The notes under the pieces were generated by a model, which saw only the letters and a list, made by a program, of their open reading frames with translations, searched no databases and was not told where the DNA came from. From a virus (Duplodnaviria; Caudoviricetes), in IMG/VR virus record IMGVR_UViG_3300012344_000386, positions 32,001 to 96,000 of that record: a stretch of DNA of 64,000 nt. The stretch is one strand, 5' to 3'. Positions 1-10,071 of the stretch are shown here, in pieces. How positions within the stretch are numbered: the first letter of the stretch is position 1; every line of letters starts with the position of its first letter. Made by a program: the position numbers and the translations under genes.

Positions 1-2
1 AA

Positions 3-155
3 ATGGAAGAGAATAATTATATCCAACGTTATTGTAAGAATTGTATTTTCTATAACCCTGATGAAAATTGGAATGAATGTAAATCAGGTTTATTCGGACA
101 TACATATGCAAATGATCATGGTTGTTGGTGTTGGAAATTAAAAGAAGAAAAATAA
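3..155 (+). CDS. small Cys-rich hypothetical protein (50 aa)
   Basis: Manual translation MEENNYIQRYCKNCIFYNPDENWNECKSGLFGHTYANDHGCWCWKLKEEK*; CxxC..C..C pattern. Confidence 0.55.
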   Translation: MEENNYIQRYCKNCIFYNPDENWNECKSGLFGHTYANDHGCWCWKLKEEK

Positions 156-246
156 AATATAGTTATGTAAAATAATATATTGTATAGTAAGTAATATTTT
201 TAAATTTATATTTCAATAATAAATAATAAAAAATATAAATTTTATT

Positions 247-675
247 ATGGATAAAATACAAAAGAAAAGACTTTATGAGTCAATAATGAAAAGTATTTCT
301 AAAACAGTAAAAGGAAAACTTAATGAAGATTATGTTGATGAAGATGATGAGAACGAAGCAACATATTTATGCAAAGAAACAAGTAAAGGCGATTATATAT
401 ATTTAATTTCAAATAATACATTTGAAGAATATGAGGAATTTTTAAGAAATCATGCAATAAAAGGAGTATATTACTTTGATGAATTTACCGCATGGGTAAT
501 AACAGTTTCACCTGATACTAATATTAATTTTTTAAGAAAATTAAATAATATATTAGTAGAAAAAAATGAATATTATTTCTTTACATATAAACAAGTAAAA
601 TTACCAAATGCAGATTTATATGCAAGTTTATGTGAATATATGTCAAAAATTTTTGGTGGAAAATATGATAGATGA
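247..675 (+). CDS. hypothetical protein with shared KKxLYESIM...KLNE leader (candidate internal head protein)
   Basis: ORF track; N-terminus closely similar to ORFs at 57282 and 58551; ATAAATA upstream. Confidence 0.75.
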   Translation: MDKIQKKRLYESIMKSISKTVKGKLNEDYVDEDDENEATYLCKETSKGDYIYLISNNTFEEYEEFLRNHAIKGVYYFDEFTAWVITVSPDTNINFLRKLNNILVEKNEYYFFTYKQVKLPNADLYASLCEYMSKIFGGKYDR

Positions 676-722
676 TAGAAAATATATTTAACAAATTATA
701 TGTTTTCTGTTAAAAAATAATT

Positions 723-766
723 AATGTGAAAAGAATAACTTATAGTAATTATTCTTTTCACATTTT
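723..766. terminator. bidirectional intrinsic terminator
   Basis: aatgtgaaaagaataa...ttattcttttcacatt inverted repeat between convergent genes. Confidence 0.7.
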
Positions 767-770
767 TATT

Positions 771-2447
771 TTATTGTGAAGTTAACATAACAGAAAATCT
801 AGAAAACCCATTATGTTTCTCTACTTCTATTATCTCATCAAAATTCTCAAGGTATAAATCAGTGTGTGAAACAACAAAGCAATTCAACTTATTGTCTTTT
901 GCAAAATTCTTAAGGAATTCCAATACAGCTCCAGAATTTGAGTTATCCAATGTAGATATTACTTCATCTAACGTAAATGTATTAATAGATGGGTATCTGC
1001 GCTTAAGTAACTTAAACAAACTACATAATACAACAATATCTACACGTGTCATCTCACCATCACTTAATGTAACCGGATCCAATTCATTTCCCAAGTCTTT
1101 AAGATGTGGGTCAAACTTACTATCAAATTCTAATCCATAAGGAACATTTAATAATATAAGATTATCTTCTATCTCTTTATTTAATAAAGGAAGATAATTA
1201 TTAATTACCTTTTGCTTTACACCATCTATAGAATAAACCAATGATAAATTCTATAAATCCAACATCTATTGATTTTTATCTTCAATACTTTTCTTAATTA
1301 CATTAAGTTGATCTGTTGTTTTCTTTATAATATTCTATACAGCTTTATATTCAGAATTAGACTTTAATTTCTCTTGTATCACAAGATTTTCGGAATTAAG
1401 TGTATTTATACTCTAATTAATTTTTGATACAGCAGACGTAATTTTATTAAGATAATCTGTAACAACTTTACTATTATCAGTAAGTGTCTTCATCTATCCT
1501 TGTAATGTAGTATCAATATTCATTTTATCTTGCATTAACTTATTAAGGTTTTCTCTTAATTCATTAAACTATTCAGATGAAAATGAACATCCACATGTTG
1601 GACACTTTTCCTATTTAAATAGATTTATCTTCTCTTGAATCTATCTTATATTAACAGAATTTTCAATTTGCTTATTCTTAATAACATTAAATTGATTTGA
1701 TATTTCCTATTGTTTCTAAACATATTGGTTATATCCATCATTTAATGTTTTTAATTTCTTATTATTTTCTTCTATCATTAAATTATTTTCCTATATCTTA
1801 TCTTGATTTTCTTTTGACTATACTTTCTACTGAATTTGAATTAACTCATTATTAGCGTTTTGAATAGTCTAATTTAAAGAGAATATGGTAGAATTATCAG
1901 CGTTAATAGATGAACCTAAATCTCTCATATCTTTCTTAAGATTCTCAAAAACAACATTAATAATTTCCAAATCAAAAACTCTATCAATGATTTGTTTTCG
2001 ATCTGCTGGTGACATTTTAAGGAATGACTTAAACGATTTCATAGATATAGAAATCATATTTGAATAAGTTGCTTGAGGAATATCGATAATTTCAGAATCA
2101 ATAAATGACTATGCATCTTTTGTACCGTAATTCTCTATATTCTCATTATCTTTAAAAACAGTTACACCATTGGGTGAAAATTTTCTTTCTATTACATAAG
2201 TATGCTAACCTTGCTTAATTGTTCCTCGCATCCAACCATTCTTATTAATGCGGTTTGCTATAGAAGTCTTTGGAACCTTCTCCAACTTTCCATATAACAA
2301 TAAACATGGTAATGAAAGAATGGCTGACTTTCCAGCGCCACTTTGTCCCTTCAATAGGATTAACTTTCCTGTATCATCATAATTAATTTCCTATACCTAC
2401 TCACCATAAGAAAATAAATTACGAAATTCAATTTTTTCTATCTTCAT
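771..2447 (-). CDS. recombination endonuclease ATPase subunit, T4 gp46/SbcC/Rad50-like (558 aa, TAG=Gln)
   Basis: MKIEKIEFRNLFSYG start, Walker A GQSGAGKS, central CPTC zinc hook, LSDGE signature, LDE Walker B, VSH; about 14 in-frame TAGs. Confidence 0.93.
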
Positions 2448-2450
2448 ATT

Positions 2451-2648
2451 TTAGTAATCATATCTATTTAATAGTAAAAGAAATAATTCAAACAGGATCA
2501 TCAATGGACTCGCAATTAATGAAATAATAAACATTTTTATCTTATATTTTCTATCTATATTTTCATTATCTTTTGTTATATATAAAAAATATCCATATGT
2601 TATTAATCCTATTAAAACATATACTACTATGAATATTATATTATCCAT
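2451..2648 (-). CDS. small membrane protein
   Basis: 65 aa with two hydrophobic segments. Confidence 0.65.
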   Translation of the reverse strand: MDNIIFIVVYVLIGLITYGYFLYITKDNENIDRKYKIKMFIISLIASPLMILFELFLLLLNRYDY

Positions 2649-2737
2649 ATAATTATTTGTTTAACTTTTTTAATTATAATTAAAGGATATAACAAATAAA
2701 TGCTATATCCTTTATAATAATTAATTTATTTATTATG

Positions 2738-3856
2738 TTAAACTTCATTCATCTCATTTTCTGCTTGTTTAAGTCTTTCTCTACTTATATTCTTCAATCT
2801 TTCTTTAGTATCATCATCAACATCCAATTGTGATATTGATTCATTTATAAGTTCTTCAATAGACAACTCTTTATATTCTTCATCATCTATATTATCTAAA
2901 TCATGATGTGACTTATTAACTATAATCTGAACTCTCTTTGCATTAGAGAGATTTGCCATGTCATAAATAGTTCCTGACTTATATTTTCTTAAATCTGATT
3001 CTTCTATAATAATATCATTATAATTATTATCAAGAAATTCATCTCTTTCTTTTACTGATAACTTTAAAAAATCTTCAACTTTTATTTTATGAAATATTGG
3101 ACTATAAGCATTTTCTTCAAATGATAATTCATTATTGGAAAAATCTAATTTATAAATTCCTTTAGTATTTCCTATATCTGATCTTCTTAATTGATAAGGC
3201 GAGCCTACATAAATAACATTTCCTAATTCTTGACGTTTATGTATATGTCCTGAAAAGATTCGTCCTTTAAATATATTTGAATCAACTGCACCTATAATTG
3301 TCATGCCATTATCAAATTTCATTTGTGAAATATCAGTATGCATCCATGCGTAATTAGCTTTTCCTGAATAATCTAGCAATACTTTGTTTTCTTCTTCATG
3401 TGAACCTAAATAAGGTATCGCAATGATATTTGATAATATTTTAGTTGATGGTTTAATCTTAATAAGTGTCGGCTCTTTTATAACTGTAACATTAGGAATA
3501 TTTTCCAAACTTCTTAATGATGTATTACCTTTATTCGTTCTCTTAGATAAATCATGATTTCCATTGATAATATAAACAGGTAATAATTTACCTAAATCTT
3601 CAAATATATCAATAGTTAAATCATTTACATTAATATCGATAGATTTTCTATCATCATAAACATCTCCCAATACTGCTAAAAAATAATTAGGGTCATTTGC
3701 TATTAATGATTTAACATAAGGAATAAACCAATTATAAAAATAAGATGATATATTTTCTTGCCATTCTTCTGATGCAGATCTAACACCTAAGTGAATATCT
3801 GCTAAGAATAAACATTTATTTGCCTTTATCTATATTGTTTTCTTTGTTGTTGTCAT
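2738..3856 (-). CDS. recombination nuclease subunit, T4 gp47/SbcD/Mre11-like (372 aa, one TAG at codon 9)
   Basis: Metallophosphoesterase motifs ADIHLG, GDVYD, GNHD, GHIH, YVGSP; near the gp46-like gene. Confidence 0.93.
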
Positions 3857-3895
3857 TTAAGAATAATTTATGTTTCTAAAAAATAGTTATTAATT

Positions 3896-3924
3896 ATTAT
3901 ATAAGAAAAAGAGGAAATAGTTTA
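3896..3924 (-). promoter_or_regulatory. TAAACT-N17-TATAAT promoter for the gp47/gp46 genes
   Basis: Matches the recurring -35/-10-like motif with 17-nt spacer. Confidence 0.55.
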
Positions 3925-4176
3925 ATTTTTGTTAAAACTATTTCCTCTTTTTGATTGACATTAATATGATCATAGTAATTCTAAATCATATCTTGTTTAT
4001 TATAAATATATCCTTTTAGGATTGCCATTGTTTCTAAAAATAAAGATGAATACATAATATTAACACATTAACAATTTACATTATTTATTATCCATTACAA
4101 TCAAAATCAAATGGCCGTATTGCCATTTGATGTGTGTTAATAATTTCATACTTCATCTAATTAAACTTAACTTTGG

Positions 4177-4311
4177 TTAAGCTACATATACCATTCCGCT
4201 AGTACCAATATAGGCAACAGTACCATCACCCATCTTAATAGTATTTGCTTCAGCATATGCATTACAGTATGCTTTACCAGCACGCTTCAATAAACTAATA
4301 ATTTTACTCAT
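4177..4311 (-). CDS. small peptide (44 aa), paralog 1
   Basis: MSKIISLLKRAGKAYCNAYAEANTIKMGDGTVAYIGTSGMVYVA*; upstream tacgttagagatt is shared with paralog 2. Confidence 0.6.
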   Translation of the reverse strand: MSKIISLLKRAGKAYCNAYAEANTIKMGDGTVAYIGTSGMVYVA

Positions 4312-4382
4312 AATCTCTAACGTAACTTTAATTTTAAAACTTCTTTTTAACCATCTAATTTTTAACTATCAAATTTTGAAAA

Positions 4383-4487
4383 TTACATTGGAATAAGTCC
4401 AGCTTCATAAACGGATTTATTCATAATGTAGCTTCCATTGCAATATGCATTCCATGCATATTTAACTGCATTAATAATTGTTTTCAT
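4383..4487 (-). CDS. small peptide (34 aa), paralog 2
   Basis: MKTIINAVKYAWNAYCNGSYIMNKSVYEAGLIPM*; upstream tacgttaaagatt. Confidence 0.6.
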   Translation of the reverse strand: MKTIINAVKYAWNAYCNGSYIMNKSVYEAGLIPM

Positions 4488-4732
4488 AATCTTTAACGTA
4501 AATTTATTTTTAATTTTAACTATCTTTATAACATAACCATCGTTAAGATACTGTTTGTGAAAACCGTATTTTAATTTCTTTTTATATTATAATTTACTTT
4601 AACTAATCAATTTATAACTATCTTACATTTTATTTATCTAATTGTTTTCAAAAAATATGCTTTATAACATAAAATTATAACATTTTCTGATCTAGATCTG
4701 TTAAATTGTATCATTTTGTTCCAAAATTTACA

Positions 4733-5254
4733 TTAATCATCATTTAATGATTCAGTTTCCCAAGGTTTATGAGATCTAAATGCTTTCTTTGTTATATCCA
4801 TAAACGTAGGATTATCAATTCCTCCATCTACCTTCTGATACATGATTTGATTTGTTGTTTCTGATGTTAATGGTCCGCATTCTTCTTTCCACGGACCTAA
4901 TTTAATATAATCAAATGTACCATGATGAAGTGGAAATACTTCTCTTCCCGAATACCACCCTGTATGTAAATTTGGATATTTATCTTTCACATACATAGAT
5001 AATCTAACAACTTCCTGAGGATTATTATCACCGCCCATAAATCCTACACATGTAATTCCTTTATTCTTATCTATAAGTTTATCCAATACATCTTCTGTTA
5101 ATTCTTCACCTATATCATCTGCAAGATAAGATGAATGACAACCTATACAATGATTTGGACAGCCTGATATATTTAATGCAAGAGTAACTTCATCTGGAAA
5201 CTCTCTGAATACAACTTCATCAATTACATATTTAAGATATTTTCTATTGTTCAT
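4733..5254 (-). CDS. nrdG: anaerobic ribonucleotide reductase activating protein (radical SAM)
   Basis: VVFREFPDEVTLALNISGCPNHCIGCHS (CxxxCxxC), FMGGD, YIKLGP. Confidence 0.9.
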   Translation of the reverse strand: MNNRKYLKYVIDEVVFREFPDEVTLALNISGCPNHCIGCHSSYLADDIGEELTEDVLDKLIDKNKGITCVGFMGGDNNPQEVVRLSMYVKDKYPNLHTGWYSGREVFPLHHGTFDYIKLGPWKEECGPLTSETTNQIMYQKVDGGIDNPTFMDITKKAFRSHKPWETESLNDD

Positions 5255-5348
5255 AAAATAAAAAAGAAACGTTTGAAATATTTATACTTCAAACGTTTCA
5301 CTTTGTCTAAAAATTAAAAATTTAAAAATATGAAAATTATGTATTTTA

Positions 5349-6005
5349 TTATTTAACCTTAAAATGAAGTTCTTCAATTTCTTCTTCATAAGGTGCCGAT
5401 GCCATTTGATACTCTTCAGGAAGATTAATCCAATTAGAATAAAGAATATCACGAGTTTCAAAATAGTTACATTTTGTCTCATAATAATACATCATACGAA
5501 TCTGATGACGTTTATCTTCTGTAAGTTCGCCATCAAATGTATACATTAATGGCTTATGAGTTCCATAATGTGTACGAACAACAAGAATATTCTCTTTCTT
5601 ATCTTTATCAACTTCATCCTTATAAGGATTTTCTCCATGTCCATCATATGAATCAAAGATTTCTTTTGCTAAACGCTCACGACTTGTCATCTTCTTTGTA
5701 TATGTAAAATTATGAAGATCCAACTTCACAACAGCAGTAAGATAATCCATATTATCTATAATAGCATCTGTCAACTTCTCCGATGATTGAATATCATAAG
5801 TCTTCAAAAATGAATATAGCTCATTATATGAAAAATGTTTCTTCAATACATTACAAAGAGTAGTAAACAAAAACTGCTGAATACCCTTATAACCCAAATT
5901 ATATGTGGTGTTCTTATTATTAAGAGAAATGAACATATTTCTTACATCATTCTCTATCTTAATTGAAGAACTACTTGTACCGTTGAAAATATCAATAATA
6001 TCCAT
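5349..6005 (-). CDS. hypothetical protein (likely early)
   Basis: 218-aa TAG-free ORF preceded by a TAnnTTTG element. Confidence 0.75.
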   Translation of the reverse strand: MDIIDIFNGTSSSSIKIENDVRNMFISLNNKNTTYNLGYKGIQQFLFTTLCNVLKKHFSYNELYSFLKTYDIQSSEKLTDAIIDNMDYLTAVVKLDLHNFTYTKKMTSRERLAKEIFDSYDGHGENPYKDEVDKDKKENILVVRTHYGTHKPLMYTFDGELTEDKRHQIRMMYYYETKCNYFETRDILYSNWINLPEEYQMASAPYEEEIEELHFKVK

Positions 6006-6054
6006 AATTTTTATTTTTTAATTGTTTGTTACTTTGTTATTTTATTTGTTATTA

Positions 6055-6062
6055 CAAAAATA
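6055..6062 (-). promoter_or_regulatory. Bacteroidetes-type -7 promoter element TATTTTTG
   Basis: TAnnTTTG in the same context (TGTGTA..TTTGT) as 11353 and 54274. Confidence 0.6.
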
Positions 6063-6239
6063 CACACAATTTTTTGAAATAAAAAATATTTCTAAGAAAA
6101 ACTTCAATTTTTCTTCAAAATTCTTAAGAAAAACATAAGAAAACTCGCAAAATTTTCAACTTTTTTCTCAACCAATACATCTATACTGTAACGAATGAAA
6201 ATACTTATTTAAACACGTTATAACGCGCGTACATTATTA

Positions 6240-7010
6240 TTAAATATAAAGGATATGTTGATTCATTATTTTTTCCTTAGAACCTGAAACAGTAGCGGCA
6301 CATATACCAGATTTTGACTAACCTAATTTTGTATCGATATTAGCTGCCATCGTCTATAACAATGTCATAAGTTGTGTAGCATTAACAGCGCATGTATTAG
6401 GTGTTGTTCCTTTTATACGGACAGCAGATGTTCCATTTAATGTTATAACCTTTCCCTCTATATTAACTTCATTACCTGATGTTATATTAATCTACTATGG
6501 TGCCTATATATAAACCTTACCGTCTGTTAACTATATTTGTACACCTGTTGTCTCGTCAGGACCATAATGAATAGTTATAGTATTATCAGGTGTCATCTAC
6601 ATATAAGAACCTTTATAATATAAAGCTAAACCAGAACCTGGTTGAAACTTAATAGACAAATCATATTCCGAGTCATAAAGAAGAACCTATGAACCTGCAT
6701 AATCAGACGCCAATTCCTCTGAAAGTTTTCTGTCCAATGTATTTGTTCCATACCATTCCATGGAGTTTACATCATCCTATGCAAATCTAACTCTTACCTT
6801 TGTTCCTACACGTGGTATAGAAATCTATCCACCACCTGAACCTGAAAACATACCACTTCCCGCGTAATTACACCATGGTAAATTCTCTGTTGATATGTTA
6901 TCATGTAAACCTGCAACCCTAACTTTTACTCTTCCTGAACATGTTGGATCATCAATAGACTCAACTACACCAGTTTTTACCTTTTTTGTATTATTTTTAC
7001 TATCTGCCAT
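6240..7010 (-). CDS. baseplate hub/spike protein, gp5/VgrG-type OB domain plus beta-helix (256 aa, TAG=Gln)
   Basis: GVVESIDDPTCSGRVKVRV..LPW...IPRVGTKVRVRF; beta-strand repeats; frame open to TAA at 6240 only with TAG readthrough. Confidence 0.85.
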
Positions 7011-7081
7011 ATATCTAAATTATTTAGTTTCAATTAATTATAAACTTTTTTCAATTTTTATTAAAAATATTTCTTAAAAAT

Positions 7082-7460
7082 GTAGACTTTTTCTTCAAAA
7101 GTAAGTAAAATAAATACTGGTATTTTGAGAATCTAAGATATTTAAGAAATTATATAAAGAAATTTAGTTTAAAATTAATTTTTATATTTATTTTTAATAT
7201 TTAGTAAGGTAAGTCATGGAAAATTGTAAAAATATTTTATTTTAATTAAATATTATTTAGAATTTGTATAAATTAATAAAAATTATATATTGATTATCAA
7301 TAAGTTATAAATTATTTTTAAAAATTATTAAAAATATTTAAACAAAAAGTAGACTTTTTTTGAAAAGTGAAGTATAATTAATATTAAGATATTAAGGTAA
7401 TGATAGATATTTAAGAAATTAAATAAAGAAAATTAAATTTAGATTTGAAAAATTAATTTC
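7082..7460 (+). repeat. two imperfect ~100-bp direct repeats, each with a TAGACT-N17-TA(T/A)AAT promoter
   Basis: tagactttt..aaaagt..gatatttaagaaatta.ataaagaaa at ~7082-7180 and ~7350-7460. Confidence 0.6.
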
Positions 7461-7679
7461 TTTTTGGTTCTTTTTCTTTGCCTACTTTCTTTTTGAACAT
7501 AGATTTTTAGAGAGATAAATATTATAGGATCAATTTTTATTTAAGTTTAATTTATGATTTCTTTTTGAAAACTTTTTCTTTGACTCTTTCTTTTTATTGA
7601 TTGAAATTCTTTTTGAGAATAAAACTTTATTTTTATTAAATGATATAATATATAAAGTATTATTATAAACTTTTGATTT

Positions 7680-8210
7680 ATGGATAAAGAAAATGAAGTA
7701 GTAACAGAAAATAATAATTCTATAGATAATAATCAAGTTCAACAAACTAATCAGAATAATAATGTTAATTCACAACAAAATTCATTGGAAAATTCATTGA
7801 GTAATCTTCAAGATAAGTGGACAGATATTATTAAGAATTTAAATGAACGAATGAAAGATTTGAAATCTATTGATGGTTTGATGAATGAAGTTTATTTAAA
7901 GAGACAAGAAGCAATAGACTTATTTTATGGAACAGCAAAGATATTACAAAAGCAAACGAGAGATTATAAGTCTAAAGCATCAGGAATTTATTTAGCTTTA
8001 AAATCAGGTTCATCTGGAATTAGATATACGAATGAAAGTGCTATTAATTTACAGATTGAATCTCAGTTATCAGCAGAAAAAGAATCAGTTGATTTATTGG
8101 ATAATTTCTGTAAATATATGAAAGATACCATCTCAACTATTGATAATATTATTTACGGTATAAACAATAAGATTAAAGTTTTTGAAATGATACATGGTTT
8201 AAAATTTTAA
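7680..8210 (+). CDS. UvsY-like recombination mediator (helical protein)
   Basis: Size and C-terminus (YMKDTISTIDNIIYGINNKIKVFEMIHG) resemble T4-like UvsY; function tentative. Confidence 0.5.
   Translation: MDKENEVVTENNNSIDNNQVQQTNQNNNVNSQQNSLENSLSNLQDKWTDIIKNLNERMKDLKSIDGLMNEVYLKRQEAIDLFYGTAKILQKQTRDYKSKASGIYLALKSGSSGIRYTNESAINLQIESQLSAEKESVDLLDNFCKYMKDTISTIDNIIYGINNKIKVFEMIHGLKF
8157..8210 (+). repeat. copy A of duplicated 54-nt gene end (translated copy)
   Basis: Encodes GINNKIKVFEMIHGLKF*; 49/54 identical to 9502-9555. Confidence 0.95.
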
Positions 8211-8218
8211 AAAATATT

Positions 8219-9352
8219 ATGTTAAAATATATTAAAATACGAATATATCCTGATAATGTTTAGAAAGAATTTATTTCTAAACAGTTAGGTTGTTGTAGAC
8301 TTATATATAATAAATTATTGGATTATAAGAAGTCATAGTATGAGTAGAATAAACAAGTTGTATCATGGACACAATTAGGTAAATATTTGACTAATTTAAA
8401 AAAACAAGATGAATATACTTTTTTAAATGATGTATATGCTATGTGTTTATAGCAATCAATGTAGGATTTAATTAAAGCATATGATAATTTCTTTAAATTA
8501 CATAATGGTTATCCTAAATTCAAATCAAAGAAAGATATTAAGCAAAGTTGTAGATTTACAAGAACTATATTTAAATTTAAAAAGAAGAAAATTAATGGTA
8601 ATAGGATAACATTAATTAAATAGTTAAAGAATATATTATTTAAATGTTCTAAAAAAGATGAAATATATTTAAATCATAATCAAAATAAAATACATTCAAT
8701 TACGCTTATTAAAACTTCTACAGAAAAATATTATTTGTTTATTTTAATATATTATAATATTATACAAAAAGAAAAATTAGATACCGTAATAGGTTTAGAT
8801 TTAGGAATAAAAGATTTTATCGTTGATTCTAATGGAAATAGATATGAAAATAAACATTTCTATAGAAATCAAGAAAAGAAATTAAAGAAATTATAGAGGT
8901 TGTTAAGTAAGAAATAGAAAGGAAGTAATAATCGGAATAAAGTTAGAATTAAAATTGCAAAAGTTCATGAGAAAATAAAAAATTAGAGAAATACATATTT
9001 ACATCAAATCACTTCAAAACTAGTTAATGAAAATCAAGTTATCTGTATTGAAGATTTAAATGTAAATGGAATGATGTCTAATCATAAACTTGCTAAATCT
9101 ATTCAAGAGTTATCTTTATTTGAATTTAGAAAATAGTTAGAATATAAATGTAGATGGTATGGAAAATAGCTGGTTATAATAAATAGATTCTATCCTTCAT
9201 CTAAAACTTGCCATAATTGTAGACATATTTATAAAGATTTAAAATTAAGTTAGAGAGAATGGATATGTCCACATTGTGGTAAAGAGATTGATAGAGATTA
9301 TAATGCTTCATTAAATATTTTAGCAGAAGGATTAAAACAAATAAATTATTAA
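8219..9352 (+). CDS. tnpB: TnpB RNA-guided endonuclease (IS200/IS605/IS607 OrfB family; 377 aa, about 12 TAG=Gln)
   Basis: KIRIYP..Q...[21 protein letters not shown], RuvC GLDLG / CIEDL / DRDYNA, zinc finger CHNC..CPHC; absent from the standard-code ORF track. Confidence 0.95.
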
Positions 9353-9357
9353 AATAT

Positions 9358-9520
9358 AATAGGTGTATATTTACCCGAATTTACGCTTGCGGAGATACCA
9401 ACTATGGATGACTAAATCATTACTAATGATTATACTAAAAAGTAGAGTGTCTATGAAACAAGAAATAATTGTTTATATATTAGTATATAAACACAAATAT
9501 TGGCATAAATAATAAGATTA
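9358..9520 (+). ncRNA. putative TnpB omega/reRNA scaffold plus guide
   Basis: Directly 3' of tnpB; cccgaatttacgcttgcggag...tctatgaaacaagaa resembles tnpB right ends; hairpins aatcatta-c-taatgatt (9415-9431) and tgtttatata-ttag-tatataaaca (9470-9493); boundaries approximate. Confidence 0.7.
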
Positions 9521-9555
9521 AGGTTTTTGAAATGATACATGGTTTGAAGTTTTAA
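9502..9555 (+). repeat. copy B of duplicated gene end (displaced copy, predicted guide source)
   Basis: ggc ata aat aat aag att aag gtt ttt gaa atg ata cat ggt ttg aag ttt taa; five synonymous differences from copy A. Confidence 0.95.
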
Positions 9556-9579
9556 TGAAATTATATTAAATAGAAAAGT

Positions 9580-9625
9580 AAAGAGATTAATAAGCAATAA
9601 ACAAAACTTATTAATCTCTTTTTTA
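9580..9625 (+). terminator. intrinsic terminator after the displaced gene end
   Basis: aaagagattaataag...cttattaatctctttttt. Confidence 0.8.
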
Positions 9626-9770
9626 TTTTATGAAAATTATTATTTAATAAAATTCTCTCTGTATCACATTATTTTTAATTAAGACTAATAACTATAAGGT
9701 AAAGAGATTTTGACGCGATGCAGGAGAGATATTGTATCAAATTTCGAGTTTTATGTTTTATTAGTTATTA

Positions 9771-9968
9771 TCACAATAATTTAACATTACATGCATTACC
9801 ATATTTTCCATAAGGATTTACTGAGCATGCTTTTTGCATAGCGGTGAAAAACTTAATATTTTCCTTAGGAATTAAGACTGGACAATTATCAACATAATAA
9901 CCACCATCCTAACCAATTTTACCTTTTATATTTTTATTTTTAACTGAAGACTTTTTAATAGTTTTCAT
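9771..9968 (-). CDS. small hypothetical protein (65 aa, one TAG)
   Basis: MKTIKKSSVKNKNIKGKIGQDGGYYVDNCPVLIPK...; manual translation. Confidence 0.5.
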
Positions 9969-10071
9969 ATATTAATTAACCGGTTATTTTTATTATTTAT
10001 AAATGTAAACAATAACCTAATAATATAATATAATATTTGTTGTTATTTAAGATTTTAGTTTTAATTAATAT

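Noticed and set aside
8219-9500. Cas12/CRISPR locus or complete IS605 element
   Set aside because: No repeat-spacer array, cas genes or tnpA visible; protein size and motifs fit TnpB.
8157-9555. Ordinary target-site duplication or assembly artefact around tnpB
   Set aside because: IS200/605-type elements make no such duplication, and the 54-nt copies differ only at synonymous positions.
9654-9730. Imperfect long hairpin ctctctgtatcacatt...tgacgcgatgcaggagag
   Set aside because: Several mismatches and a single occurrence; insufficient to call an ncRNA.
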